Assembly (NCBI GenBank): GCA_964528095.1
Contig: CAZGSG010000029.1
Span: 1 to 28,677, forward strand
Source: an uncultured Terrimonas sp.
Lineage (GTDB): Bacteria > Bacteroidota > Bacteroidia > Chitinophagales > Chitinophagaceae
Length of the DNA stretch: 28,677 bases
Direction of reading: 5' to 3'
Positions 15,692 to 26,823 of the stretch are shown piece by piece (position 1 is the stretch's first letter; each line of letters begins with the position of its first letter). Under the pieces are notes generated by a model, which had not been told where the DNA came from, ran no database searches, and was given only the letters and a program-made list of their open reading frames with translations. The position numbers and the translations under genes were made by a program.

Positions 15692-16486
15692 ATGAAAGTT
15701 TTCCGTTTTTTATTATTGCTGGTTTTACCAATATACCTTATTTCCTGTGGCACCCAGCAGCAATTGCCCAACTACCTCGAAAACATAAAAGATACTACTG
15801 GTAAAGATGACCTGAAGATCCCGGAAATGCGGATACAGAAAAATGATCTTTTGTCTATACAGGTTTACAGCGCAAGTACCAGGCCTGATAAGTCAGATTT
15901 AATCTACAATCTCCCTTCTTCTGCACAGACGTCCGGCAACTCCATGGGTACCAGTTCGGGAACGAGCGGTTTTCTTGTAGACGCATATGGTAATATTGAA
16001 TACCCGCAAATAGGTTTATTGCATGCAGAAGGATTGACCAAACAACAGCTCGCGGATATGATAAAAATAAAGATCAATGAAAAGGATTCTGTGTTGACAA
16101 AGCCTTCTGTCATCATACGTTTTCAGAATCTCAAGATCACGGTACTTGGCGAAGTAAAAGCTCCGGGCGTTATTAATTTCCCCGGAGAAAGAGTTACAAT
16201 TCTTGAAGCAGTTGGTCTTGCAGGTGACGTTACAGAATATGGACTGAAAAATTCTGTCAGGGTAGTTCGTGAAAAAGACGGAAAAATAGAAACCGGTACT
16301 ATAGATCTTTCATCAAAAGATGTATTTGCCTCTCCTTATTATAATCTTATGCAGAACGATATCGTGTTGGTAGAGCCCTCAAAGAAAAAGGCCAAAAAGG
16401 CTGAGCAGGATGTGGTTTTACAAAGAGTCAGTTTTGGGCTAAGTATCGTTACAGCTATAGCGCTTCTGTATAATGTATTCAAATAA
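15692..16486 (+). CDS. wza: Polysaccharide export outer-membrane lipoprotein, Wza-like.
   Basis: Lipoprotein signal LISCG. Poly_export/SLBB-like motifs are present. Position is directly before wzc. Confidence 0.7.
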   Translation: MKVFRFLLLLVLPIYLISCGTQQQLPNYLENIKDTTGKDDLKIPEMRIQKNDLLSIQVYSASTRPDKSDLIYNLPSSAQTSGNSMGTSSGTSGFLVDAYGNIEYPQIGLLHAEGLTKQQLADMIKIKINEKDSVLTKPSVIIRFQNLKITVLGEVKAPGVINFPGERVTILEAVGLAGDVTEYGLKNSVRVVREKDGKIETGTIDLSSKDVFASPYYNLMQNDIVLVEPSKKKAKKAEQDVVLQRVSFGLSIVTAIALLYNVFK

Positions 16487-16489
16487 AGC

Positions 16490-18922
16490 ATGCCTGTCAA
16501 TCCACAACCTAATTTAATGGAAGATCAGATCAGCAGTAATAAAAGTGAGCTCTGGAACCTGACTGTTAAAGATTTATTCTATAAGTATGTACGGTTCCTG
16601 CCGTTATTTTTACTATCGGTAGCATTTGCATTACTTATTGCATTCGCCTATTTGCGATATGCCACCAAGATATATAGCGCTGGCGGTACGCTACAGATAA
16701 GAACTGAGAAACAATCTGGTCAGGGTAACGATAAAGTGGAAGAACTGATCAGCGGGAACAACCGGAGCCAGGGGATACAGAATGAAATTGAAGTGCTGAA
16801 GTCAAGACCCTTAATGAGACGGGTAGTTGATCGGTTAAATCTTGAATATAGTTTTACCGCTAAAGGGAAGATCAAAGACTTCAATATATACAAACAAGGT
16901 GTTTTCCATCTTAAGACATTTGAAATAGTCGATCACGAAGGGGCATTCAGTATTAAAATCAAGTTTGTTGATGATTCCCATTTCAAAGTAAACAATGAGT
17001 CGGCCACCTTTACGTTTGGTGATATTTTTAAAAACCAGTACGGTGTTTTTTCTCTCGAAAAAAGAGGAGTTGCCGTTGCTGGATCTGAATTCGTAATCAG
17101 ACGCGATGCTCCGGAATCAATGGCCGCTGTTTATGCGTCTGCTATAAAAGTTCAGCCGAAAACCCCAGGTACAAGCATTCTTTCCCTGAGTATACTTGCA
17201 GACAACCCGATACTTGCAGCTGATATTATTAATACATTGATGATTCAATATGATTCACTGACTATTGAACAAAATAATTTTTCAACCGATCAGACAATGG
17301 CATTCATCAATGGCCGGCTGGATACACTCAAGAATGAACTGGATAGCTTGCGCATAATCGAATTGGATACAAGGCAAAAGGGAAAATTATTTGATATCGA
17401 TATTCAATCAGGCGAGTATTTTGACAATGTAAAGGAATCCAATAAATCCATTAGTGACCAGGAAATGAGAATCGGCATTGTGGATATGGTGAATGCATAT
17501 GTTGCCAGAAAAGAGTACCAGTATACATTGGTGCCTTCTTCACTTGGCCTTGAAGATCCTACCTTATTAGAGCTGGTAGGTGGTTATAATAAGGCGCAAT
17601 TGGAAAGACAGGCTTTGCTAAATGCAAATATTCCACCAGCTAATCCTGCTATTAAAGAGGCCGAAGGGATCATTGAAAAGCAACGCCAGAATCTTATTGA
17701 GAATTTAAGGAATATCAAACTATCCTATGCGGCAAACATTGGAACATTAAGAAGAAAAAGCCTGTCTGAGGAAAGTACGATTAGCCAGTTGCCTGCAAAA
17801 ATCAAAGACCTGGTAGAGATCCAGCGTCAGATCAGTACAAAAATGGCGCTGTATAACCTGCTTGAACAGAAAAAAGAAGAAGCCGCTATTTCACGGGCAT
17901 CTACTATTTCCAATTCCAAGATACTTGATAGGGCGCTGCCTTCGAGTATGCCTGTTAAGCCGAATAAAAGAACTATTCAGCTTATCGCTGTGCTTATCGG
18001 CATTGGGCTTCCCGCACTTATTATTTTTATGGGTGAGGTGTTGAATGATAAAGTCAGTACCCGTTATGATATTGAAAGAATAACACAAGCCCCCGTACTT
18101 GGCGAGATCGGGCATTCTTATTCTGAAGACGTATTGATTGTGAATAAGACAAGCCGCAGTATGGTGGCAGAGCAATTCAGGATCATACGATCGAACCTTC
18201 AATATGTAATGACCAAATCAGAAAGAGGGGTGATCCTGGTAACCTCTTCATTTAGCGGCGAAGGAAAATCATATATCAGCACAAATATCGGAGCGGTCAT
18301 TGCATTGACTGGTAAAAAGACGGTCATTCTTGAGTTTGATATTCGTAAGCCGAAAGTATTATCCGGTCTTCGTATGAATAAACAACGCCAGGGGATATCC
18401 AACTACCTGGTAGGCAGATCATCACTGGAAGAACTAATACTGCCGGTTCCAAATCAGGACAATCTTTTCGTGTTGCCCTGCGGACCAATACCGCCTAACC
18501 CTTCCGAACTCCTGCTGGGTCCGAAAGTAACGGAAATGTTCGAGTGGCTTCGCCGCAACTATGATATGGTCATCGTAGATACCGCTCCTGTCGGAATGGT
18601 AAGTGATGCCATGACGCTCGGAGAGTTTGCTGATTGTACAATGTATATTGTACGACAGGGGCATACGTTTAAAAAACAGGTTGCACTTATCGACGAACTA
18701 TATAAAGAAAGTAAACTGCCTAAAGTTTCCATTATTATCAATGATGTAAAAGTGAAACCAGGCTATGGTTATTATGGCTATGGACGTTACGGTTACGGTT
18801 ATGGATATGGCGGTAAAAAAGGCAGCACCTATTACACGGAAGAAACTCCGCCTCCGAATTTACTCGATCGTTTATTGAACAAGCTGGACTTCAGGAAGTG
18901 GTTCCGGCGCTCAAGCAAATAA
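16490..18922 (+). CDS. wzc: Wzc-like chain-length determinant / tyrosine autokinase with a Tyr/Gly-rich C-terminal tail.
   Basis: Two TM segments flank a long periplasmic coiled-coil region. Walker A is SSFSGEGKSY. The C-terminal tail is GYGYYGYGRYGYGYGYGG. Confidence 0.8.
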   Translation: MPVNPQPNLMEDQISSNKSELWNLTVKDLFYKYVRFLPLFLLSVAFALLIAFAYLRYATKIYSAGGTLQIRTEKQSGQGNDKVEELISGNNRSQGIQNEIEVLKSRPLMRRVVDRLNLEYSFTAKGKIKDFNIYKQGVFHLKTFEIVDHEGAFSIKIKFVDDSHFKVNNESATFTFGDIFKNQYGVFSLEKRGVAVAGSEFVIRRDAPESMAAVYASAIKVQPKTPGTSILSLSILADNPILAADIINTLMIQYDSLTIEQNNFSTDQTMAFINGRLDTLKNELDSLRIIELDTRQKGKLFDIDIQSGEYFDNVKESNKSISDQEMRIGIVDMVNAYVARKEYQYTLVPSSLGLEDPTLLELVGGYNKAQLERQALLNANIPPANPAIKEAEGIIEKQRQNLIENLRNIKLSYAANIGTLRRKSLSEESTISQLPAKIKDLVEIQRQISTKMALYNLLEQKKEEAAISRASTISNSKILDRALPSSMPVKPNKRTIQLIAVLIGIGLPALIIFMGEVLNDKVSTRYDIERITQAPVLGEIGHSYSEDVLIVNKTSRSMVAEQFRIIRSNLQYVMTKSERGVILVTSSFSGEGKSYISTNIGAVIALTGKKTVILEFDIRKPKVLSGLRMNKQRQGISNYLVGRSSLEELILPVPNQDNLFVLPCGPIPPNPSELLLGPKVTEMFEWLRRNYDMVIVDTAPVGMVSDAMTLGEFADCTMYIVRQGHTFKKQVALIDELYKESKLPKVSIIINDVKVKPGYGYYGYGRYGYGYGYGGKKGSTYYTEETPPPNLLDRLLNKLDFRKWFRRSSK

Positions 18923-19896
18923 TACTATACCTTTTTATGCGCATACTAGTTACCGGCGGCGCTGGTTTTATCGGGTCTAATCTTGTAGAGGCCTTATTGA
19001 AGCATGCAGATATCAACCAGGTGCGGGTGCTTGATAACCTGGCAACCGGCTCCATGCAAAACATAGCACCGTTTACCGAAGATCCAAAATTCCAGTTTAT
19101 TCAGGGCGATATCCGTGATTTTCAAACCTGCCTGGATGCTGCTGATGGTATGGACATAATAGATCACCAGGCCGCATTGGGTTCTGTGCCCCGCTCGATT
19201 GCAGACCCGCTGACGACCAACAACGTAAATATCACCGGAACACTAAATATTTTCACTGCCGCCAAAGAGAAAGGAATTAAACGTATAGTATATGCGGCAA
19301 GTTCCTCTACCTATGGCGATCATCCAGGCCTGCCTAAAGTAGAAGACATAATCGGTAATCCTCTCTCTCCCTATGCTGTTACAAAATATGTGAATGAGCT
19401 GTATGCAAAAGTTTATGCGAGTCTTTACGGCATAGAGTTTATTGGCTTACGATACTTTAATATTTTTGGTCCACGTCAAAATCCGCAGGGCCCTTATGCG
19501 GCAGTGATCCCGCTCTTCGTAAAAGCGCTGATTGAAAACAAATCACCGGTCATCAACGGAGATGGCAGCCATAGCCGTGATTTTACATTTGTTGCCAATG
19601 CGGTACAGGCAAATATTGCAGCTATGTTTGCAAAAGAACAGCAGGCTGTAAACCAGGTATACAATATAGCCTGTGGTGAACAAACTTCGCTGCTGGAACT
19701 GTATGATGCGCTGAAAGAACAGGCGGGTAGCTCTTTGCAACCGGTACATGGACCGGATAGAAAAGGAGATGTAAAACATAGCCTCGCGGATATTTCCAAA
19801 GCAAAAACGTTAATAGGCTATTTACCTAATATATCTGTACAAAAAGGGTTGGAACTTACATTCAACTGGTACAAGAATAATCCCGGAAGATTGTAA
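18917..19896 (+). CDS. NAD-dependent sugar epimerase/dehydratase (SDR family, UDP-GlcNAc/Glc 4-epimerase-like).
   Basis: MRILVTGGAGFIGSNLV and the YxxxK motif (YAVTKYV). The start is set at the ATG at 18917 inside the longer ORF-track frame. Confidence 0.75.
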
Positions 19897-19940
19897 ACAC
19901 GGATCCTGGTTTTCCTTATTCTTAAACAAACTATTTATCG

Positions 19941-20993
19941 TTGTCAAAAACAATTATTATTACAGGCGGAGCCGGATTTATCGGATCGCATGTTGTCCGG
20001 CTGTTTGTATTAAAATATCCCGGTTATAAAATCGTCAACCTGGATGCGCTCACTTATGCGGGCAATCTTGAAAACCTGAGTGATATCGAACATAGCGCTA
20101 ACTATTTTTTCGAAAAGGCCGATATTCTCAATGTTGAAGCGCTCGAACGTATTTTCTCTTTTCACAAGCCTGACGCGGTCATTCACCTGGCTGCAGAAAG
20201 TCATGTGGACAGATCAATTGTTTCTCCACTCGATTTTGTGTATACAAATGTGATAGGCACGGTCAATCTGCTCAACACCGCCAAACAGTTTTGGAAAGAC
20301 GATGTAGCAGGGAAAAGATTTTATCACGTATCTACGGATGAAGTGTATGGCGCCCTGGGTAATACCGGTTTTTTTACAGAGGAAACAAAATATGATCCGC
20401 ATTCACCGTACAGCGCGTCAAAAGCAGCCAGCGATCATTTTGTGCGGGCTTATGCAGATACCTATGAGCTGCCAACTGTTATAAGTAACTGTTCCAATAA
20501 TTACGGACCTAATCATTTCCCGGAAAAACTGATTCCTTTATTTATCAATAATGTAATTCAGAAAAAGCCCTTGCCTGTATATGGCGATGGTTTGTATACA
20601 AGAGATTGGTTATTCGTAAAAGATCATGCTACGGCGATCGATAAAGTATTTCATTATGGAGAAAACCACGCTACTTATAATATCGGCGGCTTTAACGAAT
20701 GGAAGAATATTGATCTCGTAAAGCTTTTATGTAAACTTATGGATGAAAAACTGGGTAATCCTGTTGGCACAAGCGAGCAACTAATTACTTATGTAAAGGA
20801 CAGGCCAGGTCACGACCGACGTTATGCTATTGATGCTACAAAAATCAATAAAGAGCTTGGATGGGAGCCTTCTGTAACATTTGAAGAAGGATTAAAGCTG
20901 ACCATTGACTGGTATTTTGATAATACTGAATGGTTGAAACATGTAACAAGCGGCGCTTATCAACAGTATTATGAAAAGCAATACGGTAAGTAA
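19941..20993 (+). CDS. rfbB: dTDP-glucose 4,6-dehydratase, apparently using a TTG start.
   Basis: (M)SKTIIITGGAGFIGSHV...YSASKAASD. There is an in-frame stop at 19923 and no ATG before the GxxGxxG motif. Confidence 0.8.
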   Translation: MSKTIIITGGAGFIGSHVVRLFVLKYPGYKIVNLDALTYAGNLENLSDIEHSANYFFEKADILNVEALERIFSFHKPDAVIHLAAESHVDRSIVSPLDFVYTNVIGTVNLLNTAKQFWKDDVAGKRFYHVSTDEVYGALGNTGFFTEETKYDPHSPYSASKAASDHFVRAYADTYELPTVISNCSNNYGPNHFPEKLIPLFINNVIQKKPLPVYGDGLYTRDWLFVKDHATAIDKVFHYGENHATYNIGGFNEWKNIDLVKLLCKLMDEKLGNPVGTSEQLITYVKDRPGHDRRYAIDATKINKELGWEPSVTFEEGLKLTIDWYFDNTEWLKHVTSGAYQQYYEKQYGK

Positions 20994-21033
20994 ATAACGG
21001 TATAAAATTAAATCCTGTTCCAGGAGTCAAACT

Positions 21034-21897
21034 ATGAAAGGAATTATACTTGCTGGCGGCAGCGGCACCCGGCTATATCCTATTACAAAGGCAATATCCA
21101 AGCAACTGATGCCGATCTACGATAAGCCGATGATCTATTACCCGTTATCCACTTTAATGATGGCTGGTATTCGCGAAATACTGATCATAACAACACCGGA
21201 AGACAATTCTTCCTTTAAGAGATTACTTGGAGATGGCAGTCATGTTGGTTGCCGGTTCGAATATGCAGTACAGGAAATACCGAATGGCCTGGCACAGGCA
21301 TTTGTTATCGGAGCCTCATTTATCGGGAACGATAAGGTTGCTCTTGTGCTGGGGGATAATATTTTTTATGGAAGCGGCCTCGGAAGCCAATTAAAAAAAT
21401 TAGCAGAGGTAGAAGGGGGATATATATTCGCATACCATGTAAGTGATCCTCAACGATATGGGGTAGTGGAGTTTGATGATAAGATGACAGCCATCTCCAT
21501 TGAAGAAAAGCCAGGTATACCTAAATCAAACTATGCGGTTCCTGGCCTGTATTTTTATGATAACGAAGTGGTACAGAACGCAAAAAATCTGCAACCTTCG
21601 CCGCGGGGCGAATATGAGATTACCGATGTAAATAAAGTGTATCTCGAAAACCACAAATTGAAAGTAGCTATACTTGATCGCGGTACTGCATGGCTTGATA
21701 CCGGAACATTTGATTCACTTCATGATGCCAGCGAATTCGTAAGAGTGATCGAAAAAAGACAATCAACAAAAATTGGTTGTATTGAAGAAGTGGCATACAA
21801 TATGGGCTTTATTGAAAAATCACAACTCCTTAAAATAGCAAAGGACCTCGCAAAAAGCGGCTATGGAGAATATTTAAGAGCATTGATCAAGGACTAA
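21034..21897 (+). CDS. rfbA: Glucose-1-phosphate thymidylyltransferase.
   Basis: [39 protein letters not shown]. Confidence 0.85.
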   Translation: MKGIILAGGSGTRLYPITKAISKQLMPIYDKPMIYYPLSTLMMAGIREILIITTPEDNSSFKRLLGDGSHVGCRFEYAVQEIPNGLAQAFVIGASFIGNDKVALVLGDNIFYGSGLGSQLKKLAEVEGGYIFAYHVSDPQRYGVVEFDDKMTAISIEEKPGIPKSNYAVPGLYFYDNEVVQNAKNLQPSPRGEYEITDVNKVYLENHKLKVAILDRGTAWLDTGTFDSLHDASEFVRVIEKRQSTKIGCIEEVAYNMGFIEKSQLLKIAKDLAKSGYGEYLRALIKD

Positions 21898-21954
21898 TGG
21901 ACTTCAAACTGGTGGATTCAGCCAGGAAACTCCCTGTAATAAATTATCTCTCTC

Positions 21955-24420
21955 TTGCGTATTTCTGCTAAATATCCTTTGTTATTCTTTTTTCTCGCCC
22001 TACTCTGTTATAGGAGTAATGGCCAAACCAGGGTGAGTCTATTTGCGGATATCGAAGGCAATGATACGCTTACCCGTCTTTTGGGGATCCTTCAAAAAGA
22101 GTTAAACAAGCCAGGAGAGATTAGCATAGAGCTGAAAAAAACGGCACTATACGCAGGGAAAGGAATTTATATCGCTAATATTTCCCCGGGAAAACAAAAA
22201 GTAAAGATATCTCCAGCGCTAATAAGTGCAGGAGTGGAAGGGTTTGCCATAACAGGGGATAATTCCACTGTCAGGATCCTTGGGAATTCGAATATGGCCC
22301 TGGGACATGGCATATTCACCTGGTTAGAAACATTAGGCTACCGGTATTATTTCCCTCATCCTGATTGGTACATAACGCCGCTGACGGTAAATTTATTTAC
22401 GAATATTTCAATTACTTCCAGTCCATCTTTTGCTCATCGGAATATTTTCTACGGATATGGAACAGGATCAGCAAAGGCAGATGAAGATTTTCGTTTCTGG
22501 CAATTGGCAAACAAAATGGGAGGATCGCTTAATGCGATTTTTGGACATGCATATGATGACATCATGTTGAGGAATGCGCAGGTCTTTAAAGAACACCCTG
22601 AATATTTCTATCCTGTTCCGGCAAAAGGTATTTTACCCGAAAGCCCCAAGTTTGATATGAGCAATGAGGGACTGGTGCAGGTAGTAATAAAGGACGTGAA
22701 AAAACAGATAGAGACTTCCCTGAAGAATAAAACACAAAGCTATAAAATGATAACACTGGGGCCTTCCGATGGTCCTGGTACCTGCAACAGCCCTGCCTGT
22801 CAAAAGCTGGGTAATATTACCGACAGGGTCTTTTACTTAATTAACCGGGTAGCTAAATCTATTCAGAAAGAGTATCCTGATACAAAGATCGGGTGTCTTG
22901 CATATAGCGAATATATCATTCCACCGACAATCAGGATCGAACCCAATGTATATGTATCTGTCACAACGGCTTTCAATAATTCCAGTTATACAACCGAACA
23001 ACTAATTGATATCTGGAAACAAAAAGGCCCGATGGTAGGGGTGTATGATTATTTCAGCTGGTTTGCCTGGGATGAGGACATACCGGGACAAAGTACAGCA
23101 TCACGGCCTGTAGAAATTGCATCCCAAATAAGAAAATATTATAAGAAAGGAGTGAAGGGATATGATGCGGAATCTTCCATTGGCTGGGTGAGCAAGGGCC
23201 TGGGTTATTACGAAGCATCGAAATTGATGTGGGATGTCAACGCAAATGAAGAGAAATTAAAGAAAGAATTTTTCGATCTCTGCATCAGAAAATGCGCGGG
23301 GATCATGAAGAATTTATGGAATGACTGGGAGAATTATGGCTTTACACAGGTTCGTGAATCTGACCTTGCCCGGTGGATAGATTGGGTGAGTGAAGCAGAA
23401 AAAATGGAAACAGATCCAAAAGTTCAAAAAAGGATCTATCAAATAAAATCCTATCTGCATTATCTCTTTGTTTTCAGGAATTATAAACTCTCGAAAACAG
23501 AACAAAATTTATTGGCTGTATTGACGTATGGTTATCGGATGCTTGATTTTGGATCAGTGTCCGGGTATCCTGCATTTTTTGAACTTGGAAATCGTTCTGG
23601 TATAGAAGGAATGGCCTGGGGCGAAAAGGCAAAATGGCGAACTACCGCCGGGCCGGTCACTACAAGCGAAATGAATTCAATGTTAAAGGAGGATAGAGCT
23701 AAGCTAAAAGTGGCCATACCGGTAAATAAATGGGAAATAGCGGGGCAATTCAAAACTATACCACTAAAGGGTTCTTATAAGAACCTGGTGGCCGATAGCG
23801 CCCAGGCGGATAACGCTTTCTGGTTAACAGATGAATGGGTTGTGCAGATAAAAACCAAAGGAGCGCAAAATTATATCGAGTTTACGGGTGACTACATTGG
23901 AGATAAAACAAATATTCAACCGATCAGGATAAATGTATACCCGTTTACTCCGGGCGGTAATCTAACAGGGCTTACTCCAATCATTACGTACGACTATACG
24001 GCTGAAAAAGTGAAAAATAAGATCAGCCTGCAAAAGCTGGCAGCAGGCATGTATACTATTCTCATTGAAGATCCGGTTAAAATATACCGGCTAAAGTTCA
24101 GTCCTTCTGTCAACTACAGCGTGGTAATGCGTCCGTCAAGACAACTCAAAACGACCTCTTTGAATTATGCGTTTATCTATGTGCCTGAAAATGTGAAGCG
24201 GTTTAATGTGATCAAAAGCAGGGTGATAAAATTCACTACTCCTACCGGCAGGCTGGTTGATCTTGTAAACGATAAGGAAGAAGACTTACAGGTTGAAGTA
24301 AAAGAAGGGGAAGCTGGTCTTTGGCGAATCAGGCTTTTGGCCGATCGGTTATATATTGAAGGGATTCCTCCTTTTGTTGGCACATCTCCAGGTCAGATGC
24401 TGGTAAATGAAAATAAATGA
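21955..24420 (+). CDS. Large secreted protein of unknown function, 821 aa, embedded in the polysaccharide locus. Possibly glycan-modifying or hydrolase-like.
   Basis: Signal peptide. No motif recognised with confidence. Confidence 0.6.
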   Translation: MRISAKYPLLFFFLALLCYRSNGQTRVSLFADIEGNDTLTRLLGILQKELNKPGEISIELKKTALYAGKGIYIANISPGKQKVKISPALISAGVEGFAITGDNSTVRILGNSNMALGHGIFTWLETLGYRYYFPHPDWYITPLTVNLFTNISITSSPSFAHRNIFYGYGTGSAKADEDFRFWQLANKMGGSLNAIFGHAYDDIMLRNAQVFKEHPEYFYPVPAKGILPESPKFDMSNEGLVQVVIKDVKKQIETSLKNKTQSYKMITLGPSDGPGTCNSPACQKLGNITDRVFYLINRVAKSIQKEYPDTKIGCLAYSEYIIPPTIRIEPNVYVSVTTAFNNSSYTTEQLIDIWKQKGPMVGVYDYFSWFAWDEDIPGQSTASRPVEIASQIRKYYKKGVKGYDAESSIGWVSKGLGYYEASKLMWDVNANEEKLKKEFFDLCIRKCAGIMKNLWNDWENYGFTQVRESDLARWIDWVSEAEKMETDPKVQKRIYQIKSYLHYLFVFRNYKLSKTEQNLLAVLTYGYRMLDFGSVSGYPAFFELGNRSGIEGMAWGEKAKWRTTAGPVTTSEMNSMLKEDRAKLKVAIPVNKWEIAGQFKTIPLKGSYKNLVADSAQADNAFWLTDEWVVQIKTKGAQNYIEFTGDYIGDKTNIQPIRINVYPFTPGGNLTGLTPIITYDYTAEKVKNKISLQKLAAGMYTILIEDPVKIYRLKFSPSVNYSVVMRPSRQLKTTSLNYAFIYVPENVKRFNVIKSRVIKFTTPTGRLVDLVNDKEEDLQVEVKEGEAGLWRIRLLADRLYIEGIPPFVGTSPGQMLVNENK

Positions 24421-25682
24421 TAGGCAGGCTAAAAAAAATTGTCTCCAGGTCTCCTTCAATTCAGTCAATCGGGATCTATGCGTTCAGCAATTTTTTCACA
24501 AAAGCCATATCATTTGCGTCACTGCCATTATTTACTTATATCATTTCGGAAAGGGATTTTGGCATCATCAGTATTTTTAGCGCTACAATCGGATTTGTGA
24601 TGCCTTTCACCTCACTGGGGATTTTGTATTCTACCTCTACGGATTTTTTCAAACTGGATAAAAAGAAATTTGCTTCTTTTATCCGAACCACATCTTTTTT
24701 GCCATTGTCTATGGCAATCCTGATGGCCCTGGTTTTTTTTATTTTTTTTCCATTCTTTAAGGAAAAAGTCGGGTTTGTACCTTTATTTATATTGTTGATT
24801 CCGCTTACAGCCTATTGCAATTTTCTTTTCGAACAAAGTCTTTTGCTGATAAGGAATAATAATGAGGCGAAACTATACCTGTGGGTAAACATATCCAAGA
24901 TCATCATTGAGCTCGGGCTGGCCTTCTTACTCATCTGGGTATTACAGGTAGGATGGTTGGGAAGAATATGGGGAATAACAGGAGCATTTATTGCATGTGG
25001 TATCTTTACTTTCTGGTATTTTTTTAAGAAATCCTATTTCAAGGGATCGTTCGACCTGAGTATAATTAAGCAGGAACTGGCGTACAGCCTGCCTGCGCTG
25101 GCCATGCAGTTTAGTATCATTTTTCTTAACTACTCTGACCGGTTTTTTATCAATTATTATTATGGGGCTGATAGAACAGGGGTATATAGTATTTCAGCAA
25201 CATTTGCCTCTGTAATTTTTATATTTAATTCTGCAGTGACACAACATGTTTTTCCAAAACTGTTTAATTCCTTTTCGAACAACGGAGAACTGACATACAT
25301 TAAGAGGCTGTTTAAAAAATATCTTCTCTTAATGCTGGCCGGGAGTGTGGCACTGGTCGCATTCACTTTTTTTTGCTATCAGTTCCTGCTTAAAAGTACG
25401 TATTACGGCGGCCTGAAATTTTTCTTTATACTACTTATCGCCTATCTAGTTTGGTCAGTAGCTTATTTCTTTTATTCCATGATGTTTTATTTCAAGGAAA
25501 AGAAAAAGATGTTATTCCTGGCTTTCGTTTCTACAGCTTTTTGTGCGATAATAAGTAATTATTTTATAAAAAATGAACAGGAATACGGCGCTACCAAAGC
25601 GGTCGTTATATCTTATTTTTTTATTCTGTTAGTTACAATAATCTTAAACAGGAAAAGACTCCGTAGCATTTTTTCGAGTTAA
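24417..25682 (+). CDS. wzx: Polysaccharide flippase, Wzx-like (MOP superfamily). About 12 TM helices.
   Basis: Hydrophobic profile. The N-terminus IGIYAFSNFFTKAISFASLPLFTYI is typical. An ATGA overlap joins it to the upstream gene. Confidence 0.65.
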   Translation: MIGRLKKIVSRSPSIQSIGIYAFSNFFTKAISFASLPLFTYIISERDFGIISIFSATIGFVMPFTSLGILYSTSTDFFKLDKKKFASFIRTTSFLPLSMAILMALVFFIFFPFFKEKVGFVPLFILLIPLTAYCNFLFEQSLLLIRNNNEAKLYLWVNISKIIIELGLAFLLIWVLQVGWLGRIWGITGAFIACGIFTFWYFFKKSYFKGSFDLSIIKQELAYSLPALAMQFSIIFLNYSDRFFINYYYGADRTGVYSISATFASVIFIFNSAVTQHVFPKLFNSFSNNGELTYIKRLFKKYLLLMLAGSVALVAFTFFCYQFLLKSTYYGGLKFFFILLIAYLVWSVAYFFYSMMFYFKEKKKMLFLAFVSTAFCAIISNYFIKNEQEYGATKAVVISYFFILLVTIILNRKRLRSIFSS

Positions 25683-25705
25683 TATTGATTAAGAGATTCT
25701 AAAAA

Positions 25706-26818
25706 ATGCGTATTCTTATTTATACACCGACTAACTCAAGGGCCGTAGATCTCCAAAGCGTAATGGAGTTATTCGTTGAGTTAGGTCATGAGGTTTATTT
25801 TTTATCACTGCTGGAGGAAGGAGATTTACATAGAAATGTAAAAAAGTATCGAGTAAAAACGTTTAGCGCAAATAATAAAGAAGTGCGTGGCATGCGGCTT
25901 TATTTCTCCCAGGTAAAATTCCTTGCAGGATTTATAAGAAATAACAAGATAGAGGTTGTTTTTGCCCATTTGCAGGGAGCCGGCCTGATAGCTGGCCTGG
26001 CCAGGTGGTTTGTGAAATTCAGGTTGTTTTATATAAGGCATAATACAGATGAACATATACTGCAAAAAAGCAGGAAGAGTTCTTTCCTGAATTCATTAAC
26101 GAACCGGGTTGCCCCGGTCATCATTGCCCCTTCTGCAAAAGTTTATAATTACCTGGCACAAGTTGAAAAGATCAGTCCTGCCAGGATCGTCAGGATCAAT
26201 TACGGATACAATTTTGAACAATACCTGCAGACAGATAAGACCGGTAACGCGAATGAGATCAGGGCAAAGTATAGCTGCAAGATGCTGCTGGCGTCGGTAG
26301 CCCGCCTGATTCCTGTAAAACGACATCTTTTGATGTTTGCTGTCGTTAAACAATTAGTGCAGGAGGGCATGGATGTAAAATTAATTTGCCTGAGCGGAGG
26401 CCCTTGTATGGAACAACTGGGAAAATATATAGCGGACAACGGGCTGGAAAATAATGTTTTTCTTCTTGGAGCTCAAAAAAACGTTTTTGATTACCTGGAG
26501 GCTGCGGATATTTTCTTCCATCTTTCAGAAACAGAAGCCAGTAATAGCGCGGTAAAGGAAGCAGGGTTTTGTAAAAGGACCGCTATTGTTTGCAACGAAG
26601 TAGGAGACTTTGATGATTATATACAAAATGATATAAACGGATATACGGTTGATAAATCAGACCCCGTTCCCGCTTCATTAAGTATATTAAGATCACTATA
26701 CACAGATCCCCGGAAAGTAAAAGCCCTGGGAGAAAATTTATACCAAACTATAATAGCGGAGTTTGATATAAGCAAGGTAAAACCGGAGTATATAAAACTA
26801 CTCAGCGGTAAAAACTGA
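25706..26818 (+). CDS. Glycosyltransferase family 4 (GT-B fold).
   Basis: C-terminal E-x7-E-like region FHLSETEASNSAVKEAGFCKRTAIVCNEVGDFDDYI. Confidence 0.7.
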   Translation: MRILIYTPTNSRAVDLQSVMELFVELGHEVYFLSLLEEGDLHRNVKKYRVKTFSANNKEVRGMRLYFSQVKFLAGFIRNNKIEVVFAHLQGAGLIAGLARWFVKFRLFYIRHNTDEHILQKSRKSSFLNSLTNRVAPVIIAPSAKVYNYLAQVEKISPARIVRINYGYNFEQYLQTDKTGNANEIRAKYSCKMLLASVARLIPVKRHLLMFAVVKQLVQEGMDVKLICLSGGPCMEQLGKYIADNGLENNVFLLGAQKNVFDYLEAADIFFHLSETEASNSAVKEAGFCKRTAIVCNEVGDFDDYIQNDINGYTVDKSDPVPASLSILRSLYTDPRKVKALGENLYQTIIAEFDISKVKPEYIKLLSGKN

Positions 26819-26823
26819 AAATA

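Noticed and set aside
17862-18741. Several 60-103 aa ORFs on both strands inside wzc
   Set aside because: They lie within the continuous 810 aa Wzc frame, which has Walker A and a Tyr tail.
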